A stretch of DNA of 64,000 nt from Candidatus Saccharimonadota bacterium (GTDB taxonomy: Bacteria; Patescibacteriota; Saccharimonadia; Saccharimonadales; Saccharimonadaceae). This document shows, one piece after another, positions 1 to 9,614 of the stretch; the first letter of the stretch is position 1; each line of letters opens with the position of its first letter. The translations under genes and the position numbers were made by a program. Under the pieces are notes generated by a model. The model ran no database searches and was not told where the DNA came from. It saw nothing but the letters and a program-made list of their open reading frames with translations. The stretch spans positions 160,502 through 224,501 of the forward strand of contig JAFWEN010000002.1 of assembly GCA_017512925.1 (NCBI GenBank). Reading direction: 5' to 3'.

Positions 1-6
1 ACGGTT

Positions 7-2088
7 GTGAACCGTGGTTTGGCTTATGGGGCTAAGAGGAATTTTGATGAGAAGGGTTTGCCGACTAAAGAAGGCGAAGAGGCATATGAGCGTATTAGTA
101 GGAATTTGAGGTATACGGATATTATAACGCGTGACAAGAATAATATGAATAAGGGACTAGGTCAGCTAGAGGCGGTAAAGAAGTATGGTACTGCTACTCA
201 GAAGGCCAGACTTAGTGCGCTTGATAAAGAAACAGCAAAGCAGAGTGACTTGCTAAAAGCGGAGATAGCGCGTGGTGAATTGATTGACTATAGGAATGCG
301 ATGGGGTTCTATAATCGTATGGAAAATGCCATAAATGTTCATATGGATGAAGAAAATGGATATATAACCGATCAGAATGGCAATAAGATTGCGCGGACTG
401 ATTATAAGTTTCATATTGATCCAAAGAGCCGTGGCGCAATTGAAGCACAGCTGAATCGTTATGATATGTTTAAGGACGTGATGGAAGGCGAGGTGCTGGA
501 TACGCAATATGTGGGGGCTACCGCTGCACAGGGTTACGACACTCAGGCAAAGATTATATCGGCAAAGTTTAATAAATACTTTGATATGTTGCCGCCGACG
601 AAGGATTTGGCTTATCGGATGAAAGAGTTTTCTTTGCTTGGATGGAGCAGTAATGGAAAAGTCAATGCAACTCAAAATATCGATGCGATCATTGCGGGTT
701 TGCGGGTGATTAATCAGCGTGGTGATACGGATATCGTGCAAGATATTATGTATGATTTGATGGATAAGAAATATGGTGGTTTGGAGCTTGGTACGCATGC
801 TTCGCAGGCGCTGGCTAGCTTCTTGATGTTTGAAGTGAAAGATAATGACCCGTTCCTCCGGAGATTTGGTAAATACATTAACCTTGAGACGGCTGCGGTT
901 TATAATGATAATAAGCGCAAAGATATGACTGTGACTTATGATGAGTATGTGAAGGGTTACCATGTTGAACCGGATGGTTCGGTAATGTATGCGAAAAAGG
1001 GCATGAAAGAGTTGCTAGAGGGTACGTCACTTGAAAATATTGAACGTACGGCGCTAGGCAATTTGGATGAGAGCTTGAAACGGGCGTATGGTTTTGTGCC
1101 TAGCGATGATCCTAATAAGCCACAGACGCCATGGGATGTGAAAAAATATTTGAAGAAACGTGAAGAAATTCAGACTGCGTTTGAGCCGGCATTTCTTTCG
1201 GCTGGTATGAGATGGATGTCTGGAAGCGAACAAATCAATAGTGGTGTGAAATTCTGGATGGGTTATGAGACGAAACAGAAGACAAAAATGGTAAATATTA
1301 ATGGTAAGAATGTAAAACAGGTTGTGACGGATAAAGACGGTAATCCAATTTATGAGATGAAGCCGGTGTGGGAGAGTAAAGATTATGCGGGACACGAAGA
1401 TGAAGTGAAGAAGTACTATCAAGATAGAGCGATGGCATTCTGTAAAGATCAGACTACTGGTCAGATTCTTGGGATGAGAACTGATTTCCGTGATCCGTTG
1501 GTGGAGCATTTGTTGAATGAATACCTGGAAGGTGATTCGGCTGAAGAGCCAAACGCTAATCGCTTGCAAGAATATAATGCGAAATATAGTGATATACAAA
1601 CTAGGTATGCTAATTTGCCACCAGATGAAGCAAAGGAAAAGAGAGAGAAGGATATAGTGAAGTTGAAGAGGGAGTTTTCTGGTCGTCAGTTAAGGAAGAT
1701 TTTGGACGATACTGGCAAGTTGAAACAGATTTACCAAACGCGTACGAGTGGTACTGCGGTGAATGCAAAAGACTGGTTGCGTAAGATGGTTGGGTTGGAC
1801 GACGAAGATGGACTGAGAACGCAACTAACGAAGAGTGAACTAGAGAAAACTAAGAATAGAATTGTGGAAGATACGACCAGCACATACTATGCTTATACGC
1901 ATGATTTGTTAAAGAGCTATTTTGGCGATGATGCTTTGATTTTGAAAAAGTATGAGAAGATATTTGGAGAAAAGAAATTTCAAGACGATCTCGCTAATGA
2001 GGAAAAATTGCCGAGAGATCACCGGATGTTTTATAATGCAAAGAACACGAAACTTTATAACGACTTGATGGGGATTTTAAATAGTTAA
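7..2088 (+). CDS. Large hypothetical protein, 5'-partial, upstream of the PrgI/VirB4 locus
   Basis: 693-aa ORF running from the window edge; charged, probably helical; no motif recognised. Confidence 0.6.
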   Translation: MNRGLAYGAKRNFDEKGLPTKEGEEAYERISRNLRYTDIITRDKNNMNKGLGQLEAVKKYGTATQKARLSALDKETAKQSDLLKAEIARGELIDYRNAMGFYNRMENAINVHMDEENGYITDQNGNKIARTDYKFHIDPKSRGAIEAQLNRYDMFKDVMEGEVLDTQYVGATAAQGYDTQAKIISAKFNKYFDMLPPTKDLAYRMKEFSLLGWSSNGKVNATQNIDAIIAGLRVINQRGDTDIVQDIMYDLMDKKYGGLELGTHASQALASFLMFEVKDNDPFLRRFGKYINLETAAVYNDNKRKDMTVTYDEYVKGYHVEPDGSVMYAKKGMKELLEGTSLENIERTALGNLDESLKRAYGFVPSDDPNKPQTPWDVKKYLKKREEIQTAFEPAFLSAGMRWMSGSEQINSGVKFWMGYETKQKTKMVNINGKNVKQVVTDKDGNPIYEMKPVWESKDYAGHEDEVKKYYQDRAMAFCKDQTTGQILGMRTDFRDPLVEHLLNEYLEGDSAEEPNANRLQEYNAKYSDIQTRYANLPPDEAKEKREKDIVKLKREFSGRQLRKILDDTGKLKQIYQTRTSGTAVNAKDWLRKMVGLDDEDGLRTQLTKSELEKTKNRIVEDTTSTYYAYTHDLLKSYFGDDALILKKYEKIFGEKKFQDDLANEEKLPRDHRMFYNAKNTKLYNDLMGILNS

Positions 2089-2131
2089 TAATCATCGAAT
2101 GCGATTGCGTTTATGATATAATATATATTAT

Positions 2132-3100
2132 ATGGCGCAATATAAGGTACCTCAAGACGTTGAGGCGGATGATAAGTTAATCGGGCCGTTTAGTTTTCGG
2201 CAATTTGTTTATCTTTTGATTGCTGGTGGGTTGATTGCGTTGGCGGTGGCTTTGTTTCAGCTATTTCCGTTGCTTGCGATAATACCGGTGCCGTTTATTT
2301 TGTTGCTGCTAGCATTGGCTTTACCTTTGAAGAAAGACCAGCCGATGGAAACATATTTGGCAGCGTTGGTATCATTTTATTTGAAACCGCGAAAGCGAAT
2401 TTGGGAGCCGGGGCAAAGAGAGGCTACGATTTTGATTACGGCGCCGAAAAAAGTGGAAGAGAAGCGAGCGCGTGATTTGTCGCAAGAGGAAGCGACGCAC
2501 CGGCTTTCGTTCCTGGCGGATATCGTGGATACGGAAGGATATGCGATTAAGGGGGCTGGGAAGAATTCGATGCGAGAAGATTTGATTGCGGAGGCGAATG
2601 CGACGACGGATATGTTTGATGCGTATAATTCGAATTTAAATAGGGTGATAAATGAAGATAAAATAGAGCGACATAATGATGCAGTGCGTGAAATGCGAGA
2701 GGCGATAAATAGGAGCGAACAGATTGGTGGCAATGCGGCAATAGTGGGAGCGAGTGGAACGGTGATAGAGAGGCCGGTGGAACCGAAGTCGGTAGAACCT
2801 AGACCAGCAGAACCTAAACCAGCAGAACCGAAATCAGCGGAACCGGTGTCAGAGCCAAAAACGCCAGCGCCAACGCCAGTGAGTTTGTCTGGAATAATGA
2901 GTGAAACGATTGTGAAGCCGGATTTGGTGACGGAACAGATGTCTAATAAACCGGTGCAGAAAAAGTCTGAAGTGCCAAAGGCTCAGCCGAGGATGGTGGA
3001 ACTGGCAAACAATGCTGATTTTTCAGTTGCGACTATCGCGAAACAAGCTAATCGTATAAAAAGAAAGGAAGATGGCGAAGTGTTTATTTCGCTACATTAA
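2132..3100 (+). CDS. PrgI family (VirB3-like) membrane protein
   Basis: YKVPQDVEADDKLIGPFSFRQF N-terminus followed by two TM segments; Pro/Glu/Lys-rich repeats in the C-terminal half. Confidence 0.85.
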   Translation: MAQYKVPQDVEADDKLIGPFSFRQFVYLLIAGGLIALAVALFQLFPLLAIIPVPFILLLLALALPLKKDQPMETYLAALVSFYLKPRKRIWEPGQREATILITAPKKVEEKRARDLSQEEATHRLSFLADIVDTEGYAIKGAGKNSMREDLIAEANATTDMFDAYNSNLNRVINEDKIERHNDAVREMREAINRSEQIGGNAAIVGASGTVIERPVEPKSVEPRPAEPKPAEPKSAEPVSEPKTPAPTPVSLSGIMSETIVKPDLVTEQMSNKPVQKKSEVPKAQPRMVELANNADFSVATIAKQANRIKRKEDGEVFISLH

Positions 3101-3103
3101 GAT

Positions 3104-3982
3104 ATGGAACCACAACAAATATTACCACAACAACCCATGCAACAGCCGATGCAACCGCAGCAGATTTTGCCACAACAACAAAATGTTATGGGACAAGGGA
3201 ATGCGAATGCGCAGAATATTGGGGCGGCAGCGATGACCGCACAGGCGGTAGCGCCAATTTCGCCGAACAAGGAATCGCCCACTTCGACACAATCTACTTT
3301 GTTAATCTCTGAGTTGAGGGATAATGTAGTGATTATGAAAGACGGCTCTTTTAGGGCGGTAGTGGCTTGTAAGTCGATTAACTTTGATCTCATGAGCGAA
3401 GTAGAACGAGAAGCGGTGGAATATTCGTATCAGAATTTTTTGAATTCACTGAAATTTACTACGCAAATCTTGATACGTTCGCAGAGAGTAGATATTGGAC
3501 CATACATTGAAAGACTTTCTGAGATTAGGCGTAATAACGACAATATGTTGCTGGGTGTGCTGATGGATAATTATATTAATTTCATTGATATTTTGGCACA
3601 AGAAGCGAATATTATGGATAAATCGTTCTTTGTGGTGATACCATATTATACTTCGCCGGAGGCGGAGAAAGGTTTGGAGCAGACAAAGAATTTCTTTAAG
3701 TCGTTTTCTAAATCTAAGGGGCCGGTGGTGACGAAAATTGATCGCAATACCTATGATAAGGCGATGACGGAAATAAATAACCGAATTGACTCGGTGATTT
3801 CTGGGCTGTTTCAGATTGGTATTCATTCGGTGAGGCTCAATACTAAGGAATTGGCTGAGTTGTATTATAATTTCAACAATCCAGATACAGCGGTGAGGGA
3901 ACCGTTGGTGGATTTTAGCAAACTTGCGACGATGTATGTAAAGAAAGGTGAACCAGATGCTAATAATGGAGGGCAAATGTAA
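3104..3982 (+). CDS. T4SS-associated protein resembling the TraC/VirB4 N-terminal region
   Basis: STQSTLLISELRD...SINFDL...E..YQNFLNSL motif; lies between prgI and virB4. Confidence 0.65.
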   Translation: MEPQQILPQQPMQQPMQPQQILPQQQNVMGQGNANAQNIGAAAMTAQAVAPISPNKESPTSTQSTLLISELRDNVVIMKDGSFRAVVACKSINFDLMSEVEREAVEYSYQNFLNSLKFTTQILIRSQRVDIGPYIERLSEIRRNNDNMLLGVLMDNYINFIDILAQEANIMDKSFFVVIPYYTSPEAEKGLEQTKNFFKSFSKSKGPVVTKIDRNTYDKAMTEINNRIDSVISGLFQIGIHSVRLNTKELAELYYNFNNPDTAVREPLVDFSKLATMYVKKGEPDANNGGQM

Positions 3983-5805
3983 TGGGTAGAAAGAAAAAAC
4001 AATTAAGTCCAGCTGAAATTGCCGCGCAAGCGGAGGCGATGGAGCAGGCAGAAATTCAAAGAGCGTTTGAGCAGGGTACGAATACCTTGCGCGATTTGAT
4101 TTCGCCGGCGGCGATTGAGATTCATTCGGATTATTTTAGGCTAGGGAATAAGTATGGTCGGACGTTGTACGTGTATGGATATCCGAGAACTTTGTTTACG
4201 GGCTGGATTTCACCGATTATTAATATGGATGAAGTGATTGATGTGTCGATGTTTATCTATCCGGTAGAGTCGGCGGTAGTGATGAAGAACCTGCGGACGA
4301 AAGTGACACAGCTTGAAGCGTCGATGAATTTGAATGCTGAAAAAGGTAAAATTCGTGACCCAGAACTAGAGGCGGCGATTAGCGATGCGGAAGAATTGCG
4401 TGATCAGTTGCAGGTGGGGGCGGAGAGGTTTTTCCGGTTTGGGCTATATGTGACATTATGGGCAGATTCTTTGGATGAGTTGAAATTTGTGCAACAGAAG
4501 ATTGAGACGATTTTTGGGCAGCAGATGATTTTCTCAAAGGTGGCAAATTCGCAACAAGAGCAAGGGTTAAACTCGGCGATGCCACAATGTACGGATCAAT
4601 TGCAGATTAGGCGTAACATGAATACTGGGGCGATTTCGACGTCATTCCCGTTTACGTCGGCGGATTTGACGCAGGATAAAGGGATTTTGTATGGCATCAA
4701 TATGCATAACAATGGCTTGGTGATATTTGACCGGTTTAGTTTGGAAAATGCGAACATGGTGGTATTTGCGAAGTCTGGTGCTGGTAAGTCGTTTGCGGTG
4801 AAACTGGAAGCTTTAAGGTCGATGATGGTGGGGAGTGAAATTGTAATTATCGACCCAGAAAATGAGTATCAGAAATTGTGCGATGCGGTGGGCGGATCTT
4901 ATGTGAGATTGTCGCTAAATTCGGATGTGAGAATTAATCCGTTTGATTTGCCGAAGGTGGTGGATGCGGAGGATGCAAATGATGCTTTGCGCGCGAATTT
5001 GGTGACTTTGCATGGGTTGTTTAGGCTGATGCTAGGGGGAAATCAGGCGACGGCTGGCGGACAAGTGGTGCCGGCGTTAACGGCAAACGAAGAGGCGGAT
5101 TTGGATCAGGCGCTCATTGATACGTATGCGCGGGCTGGAATTACATCCGATCCGTTGACGCATCAATCTACGCCGCCGACAATTATGCATTTGTATGATA
5201 CGCTACTACATATGGGTGGGTCAGGGCCGTCACTAGCACAGAGGCTACGTAAATATACGACGGGTACGTTTGCGGGGATTTTCTCACAACAGTCCAACGT
5301 AGATATTAATAACCAGATGGTGGTGTTTAATATTCGTGATCTTGAGGATGAGCTTCGGCCAGTGGCGATGTATATTGTGTTGTCGCATATTTGGAATGTG
5401 GTGAGAGCACAGCAGAAGAAGCGCCTCTTGATTGTAGATGAGGCGTGGCAGTTAATGCAATTTGAGGATTCGGCGAATTTCTTGTTCTCGCTAGCGAAGC
5501 GGGCTAGGAAGTATTATCTGGGTCTGACGACGATTACGCAGGATGTGGAAGATTTTATGAGCTCAAAGATGGGACGTGCAATTGTGGCGAACTCGTCGAT
5601 GCAGTTATTACTGAAGCAATCTGCTTCAGCGGTGGATGTATTGTCTGATGTGTTTAAGTTGACTGAAGAGGAAAAACGCAGATTGGCGAATTTCCCGGTG
5701 GGACAAGGATTGTTCTTCGCAGGGCAAAATCACGTGCATATTCAGGTCATTGCAAGCGAGACTGAAGAAGGCTTAATCACGACGAATCCAGCGGCGCAGC
5801 AATAA
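3982..5805 (+). CDS. virB4: VirB4/TraE-like T4SS ATPase
   Basis: Walker A AKSGAGKS, IIDPENEY, Walker B LIVDEAW, RARKY, ITQDVEDF. Confidence 0.9.
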   Translation: MGRKKKQLSPAEIAAQAEAMEQAEIQRAFEQGTNTLRDLISPAAIEIHSDYFRLGNKYGRTLYVYGYPRTLFTGWISPIINMDEVIDVSMFIYPVESAVVMKNLRTKVTQLEASMNLNAEKGKIRDPELEAAISDAEELRDQLQVGAERFFRFGLYVTLWADSLDELKFVQQKIETIFGQQMIFSKVANSQQEQGLNSAMPQCTDQLQIRRNMNTGAISTSFPFTSADLTQDKGILYGINMHNNGLVIFDRFSLENANMVVFAKSGAGKSFAVKLEALRSMMVGSEIVIIDPENEYQKLCDAVGGSYVRLSLNSDVRINPFDLPKVVDAEDANDALRANLVTLHGLFRLMLGGNQATAGGQVVPALTANEEADLDQALIDTYARAGITSDPLTHQSTPPTIMHLYDTLLHMGGSGPSLAQRLRKYTTGTFAGIFSQQSNVDINNQMVVFNIRDLEDELRPVAMYIVLSHIWNVVRAQQKKRLLIVDEAWQLMQFEDSANFLFSLAKRARKYYLGLTTITQDVEDFMSSKMGRAIVANSSMQLLLKQSASAVDVLSDVFKLTEEEKRRLANFPVGQGLFFAGQNHVHIQVIASETEEGLITTNPAAQQ

Positions 5806-5822
5806 TGTGATATAATTGTAGT

Positions 5823-7649
5823 ATGAAGTTTTTGCGCAAGGTTGGTTTGATGGTGGTGGGTTTTTTGATGACTCTAGCACCAGTAAACACGGCGTTTGCG
5901 GCTTTGACTGAGTCGCAGTTGAATTTTTATGCGCAGAATAATATTTTGTTTTATGATCCGGGAGGGTGTTTTTCCGGGAGTGCGTTTGGAGGAGGTATGG
6001 CTCATCTTGATGGGGATACTGTACCCGCAAAAGTCGTGAATTATTTAAATGGGAATAATCCATCAGGTTTTACTTTGCCGGCGAATGCGATAGCTGGTAT
6101 TTTGGCGAATTTTCAGGGAGAGTCTGCTTTTAACCCATTTAGGTTTGAAGGGGATGCCTATACTTTAACCAAGGGCTATGGTATCGCACAGTTTACTCCG
6201 GCAACTAAGATTACAGAGAGGCTGCAGAGTGATTCGCGTACCTCGGGCTATTTTAACCAATATTTTGACGTGAGCTATTCATCGACTAATGGCGAGACTG
6301 GCTATCCTAACAAAACAGTTCCAGAAGAGGTTTTGAACTCTTGGCTTCTTGTTCAGCTCGATTATTTCTTTGGTCCTAGTAGCGAGTTTGAGAATACTAG
6401 GATTGGCAGCTATAGACATATGGGTGGAGAAATGGGATTGCCGTATATTTCCGATAGTATGAATGTCCATCAAGCAATGGCGGCGGCACAATCGCCTGAA
6501 GATGCTGCGAGAATATTTGTTTGGATTATGGAGAGACCTGCCGATAAAGAAGGGGCTGTTAATAGGAGAGCTTCAATGGCGAGAGAATGGTATGGTAAAA
6601 TTACTAGTGGCGGGGAATCATATTCTGGTAGTGGAGGGAATACGTCTCAATCAAGTGGAAGCGTAATGATTATAGGTGATTCGATTACTGAAGGTAGTAA
6701 GAGCCAGATTGCCGCAAAAATACCTGGAGCAAAGATAGACTCAAAGGTTGGAAGGCATTTTAGTGAAGGTCTTTCTATTCTGAAACAGGCGGCGAGTAGC
6801 GGTTCGCTTAGTGATGTTGTGATTTTTGCGTTAGGTACAAATGATGCTGGTGGTGTTACTAGTTCTATGGCGGAAGAGGTAGTGAATATTGTTGGGAAAG
6901 ATAGGAAAGTTATCTTTGTAACTAACCATACGCTTAAGGCGGATTATACATCTAATAATAATGTGTTCTCAAAGATGGCTAGTAGTTATTCAAATGTTAG
7001 TTTGGCTGATTGGAAGGGGGCAATATTATCAAAAGAGAGTCAGTATCTCGCGGCTGATGGTATCCATCCGAATGAGGCTGGTAGAGAACTATTTGCGAGT
7101 TTGTTAGCAAATGGTGGCTCTTTTGCTGCAGCGTCTGGTTCCTATCCGGTTTGCAACACTGCTGATGGTATGATTGGTGAAAATATGTCTGAGGATTTGG
7201 CTGAGGCTGTTGTGAGATTTTATAACAGCTCAGAATCCGATCCGTACATGCGTGGATTATTAGGAAAAAATAGCTGTGTGACATTTGTGCATGTATTTCT
7301 AAGAAAATTTACGACACTTGGGGCGTCGGTTACATATCCAGGAAATGGGAGAGATACCGCAAGAGCTTTGGCGGCGGCTACGGGTTTGCCCACCAGCTCA
7401 ACGCCTGTTGCGATTTCTGTTTTTTCGTATGATAGTAATTATGTGATGTGTGGTAATGTTGGTTGCGGGCATACTGGTATAGTGGCAGCAGTCAATGGGG
7501 ATGATATTATTGTGATGGAGGCTGGATATAAAGGTGGTGTTGGTGGAGTTAGGCATGTTAAGGCAAGCGAATTTCCTAGTGGAACATTGTTTGTAAATAT
7601 TAATAGCGTAATTGATAGGGATGCGTTAAATAGCGTGGTTGGGAGATAA
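5823..7649 (+). CDS. Secreted multidomain cell-wall hydrolase (phage-tail lysozyme + SGNH + CHAP)
   Basis: Signal peptide; AIAGILANFQGES/GYGIAQFT; IGDSI...GTND...DGIHP; SCVTFV...GHTGIV...MEAG. Confidence 0.75.
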   Translation: MKFLRKVGLMVVGFLMTLAPVNTAFAALTESQLNFYAQNNILFYDPGGCFSGSAFGGGMAHLDGDTVPAKVVNYLNGNNPSGFTLPANAIAGILANFQGESAFNPFRFEGDAYTLTKGYGIAQFTPATKITERLQSDSRTSGYFNQYFDVSYSSTNGETGYPNKTVPEEVLNSWLLVQLDYFFGPSSEFENTRIGSYRHMGGEMGLPYISDSMNVHQAMAAAQSPEDAARIFVWIMERPADKEGAVNRRASMAREWYGKITSGGESYSGSGGNTSQSSGSVMIIGDSITEGSKSQIAAKIPGAKIDSKVGRHFSEGLSILKQAASSGSLSDVVIFALGTNDAGGVTSSMAEEVVNIVGKDRKVIFVTNHTLKADYTSNNNVFSKMASSYSNVSLADWKGAILSKESQYLAADGIHPNEAGRELFASLLANGGSFAAASGSYPVCNTADGMIGENMSEDLAEAVVRFYNSSESDPYMRGLLGKNSCVTFVHVFLRKFTTLGASVTYPGNGRDTARALAAATGLPTSSTPVAISVFSYDSNYVMCGNVGCGHTGIVAAVNGDDIIVMEAGYKGGVGGVRHVKASEFPSGTLFVNINSVIDRDALNSVVGR

Positions 7650-8540
7650 ATGGAAGAAAAGAAATATAAACAAATAAATCCGTTTGTAATTGGTGGAATT
7701 ATTTTGGCTGTTATCATAGTAATATTGATAGTTATTTCCGTTGTTAATATTTTTCATACTAATCCATATGGCGAGTCAATAAAAATTGATAATTTTTCTT
7801 ATTATTTTGGTGGGGTATCGCAGGACAGAAGAGACCAAATTGAGCATAATTTGTACGAACTTGTGATTTGGAACGGAGCAAGCGCTGATGGCGTACCAAA
7901 ATCTGGGGCGATGGTGAGAGATGGAACTGCTACTTATAATTATGAAAAGGATAATGATTTATATAGGGGTGAATTTGTTGTTGATATTGCAACTTTAAAG
8001 GAGTCTTACAAGGTATCTTTTATTAATCCGTCTGACAGAAGTCCAGCTAAAGATGTGAGCTATCAAGTTAATATTACGTGTGTTCCGGGATCTTTGCAAA
8101 TATATGATTTTTATAATTGCAGAGATATGTTTACAGATAATGTGTCATGGGGTAATGAATATCAACTGGACTATACTTTTGGTACGAATACGTCTTATAG
8201 AATACGTCAAATTTTGAATAAGTCTGTGCTTGAAACGAAAGCGGAGTATAATGTAGCGATAGTTGATGAAACGAGCATGGAGAAGATATTGAACACGCCA
8301 GATAATCAATATCGTTTTAAAGTGGATATTGATGGCAAGTATACGATGTCTGTAATTGTGAGAATGGATTTATTATATGGTAAAGAGTATATAGCGATGT
8401 ATGTGGATATGGATGGTAAAAAAACTGGTTATCTATGGAATACTGATGATAAAATGAAGAATGAGTTGACGGATTGGATTATTGATCAGTCCGGGTTGCA
8501 GGAACTAGATATAACTTTTATTCCGACAGAGGACAGTTAA
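7650..8540 (+). CDS. Membrane-anchored hypothetical protein
   Basis: Single N-terminal TM; starts immediately after the hydrolase stop. Confidence 0.7.
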   Translation: MEEKKYKQINPFVIGGIILAVIIVILIVISVVNIFHTNPYGESIKIDNFSYYFGGVSQDRRDQIEHNLYELVIWNGASADGVPKSGAMVRDGTATYNYEKDNDLYRGEFVVDIATLKESYKVSFINPSDRSPAKDVSYQVNITCVPGSLQIYDFYNCRDMFTDNVSWGNEYQLDYTFGTNTSYRIRQILNKSVLETKAEYNVAIVDETSMEKILNTPDNQYRFKVDIDGKYTMSVIVRMDLLYGKEYIAMYVDMDGKKTGYLWNTDDKMKNELTDWIIDQSGLQELDITFIPTEDS

Positions 8541-8567
8541 TTAGCACTCTTGCTTTTTGAGTGCTAG
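8541..8567. promoter_or_regulatory. CIRCE (HrcA operator) upstream of dnaJ
   Basis: TTAGCACTC-N9-GAGTGCTAG. Confidence 0.9.
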
Positions 8568-8587
8568 TGGTTTATAATGGGAGTATT

Positions 8588-9505
8588 ATGGCAGCGAAAC
8601 GTGATTATTATGAGGTTCTTGGGGTAGGGAAGAATGCCTCTGATGATGAAATAAAGAAGGCTTATCGTAAGCTGGCGGTGAAGTATCATCCAGATAGAAA
8701 TCCTGGTGATAAAGAAGCAGAGGCGAAGTTTAAGGAGATTAATGAAGCGCATGAAGTCTTATCTGATAAGCAGAAGCGGGCGCGCTATGATCAATTCGGT
8801 CATGCTGGCGTAAATGGTGGGGCGGCTGGATTTGATGGAAATCCGTTTGGGGGCGGAGCTGGTGGATTTAATTATAACGGGCAGACGTTTAACTTTGATT
8901 TTGGTGGGGCTAGTGGTAGCATATTTGACGATATACTTGGGAGTATGTTTGGATTTGGGGGGGCGGCTAGGCGGCCACGCCGAGGGGCGGATTATCAGAC
9001 TTCGGTGACGATTAGTTTTGAGGATGCAATTTTCGGAACTACGGTAAAGGTGAGTGGTGAGGGAAAAGAACTTAAAGTAAAGATACCAGCTGGTATTGAT
9101 GATGGGATGTCTGTTCGGTTACGTGGTAAGGGCGGTCCAGCGCCAGAAGGTGGGGCGGAACCGGGTGATTTATATGTACGCGTGAGAGTGAAACCACACA
9201 AACATTTGACGCGTGAAGGAGCGCTGATTCTATCAGAAGAGAGAATTGATATGGTAGATGCAGCGCTAGGTTGCGAGGTGGAGGTTGAAACCGTGGATGG
9301 TCCTATACGTATGAAGGTGCCGGCGGGGACGCAGAGTGGAACGCCGTTTAAGTTGTCTGGGCATGGTGTACCATTTAGGGCAGATGGTGATAGGGGTCCA
9401 CATATCGTGACGATTTTGGTGGAGACGCCGAAGAATTTGTCTAGAAAGCAAAAAGAACTTTTGGAAGAATTTAAAAAATCGAAGAAAAAAGGTTTTTGGC
9501 GGTAG
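8588..9505 (+). CDS. dnaJ: DnaJ-class co-chaperone lacking the zinc finger
   Basis: J domain ([12 protein letters not shown]), G/F region, C-terminal domain, no CxxCxGxG repeats; start moved to ATG 8588. Confidence 0.9.
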   Translation: MAAKRDYYEVLGVGKNASDDEIKKAYRKLAVKYHPDRNPGDKEAEAKFKEINEAHEVLSDKQKRARYDQFGHAGVNGGAAGFDGNPFGGGAGGFNYNGQTFNFDFGGASGSIFDDILGSMFGFGGAARRPRRGADYQTSVTISFEDAIFGTTVKVSGEGKELKVKIPAGIDDGMSVRLRGKGGPAPEGGAEPGDLYVRVRVKPHKHLTREGALILSEERIDMVDAALGCEVEVETVDGPIRMKVPAGTQSGTPFKLSGHGVPFRADGDRGPHIVTILVETPKNLSRKQKELLEEFKKSKKKGFWR

Positions 9506-9614
9506 TTTTGTCACTGTTTTTGTGGTATAATAGAGATGGAAATTTAAATTTGATGTTATTTGTTAACCCGCTGGTATAGAGAAAAATACCAGCAAAAACA
9601 ATTAGAAAGGGAAT

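Noticed and set aside
7-8540. PrgI/VirB4 locus as an integrative conjugative element linked to the island
   Set aside because: No relaxase, coupling protein or att is visible; it abuts dnaJ and rny and uses host-style promoters, consistent with a chromosomal secretion system
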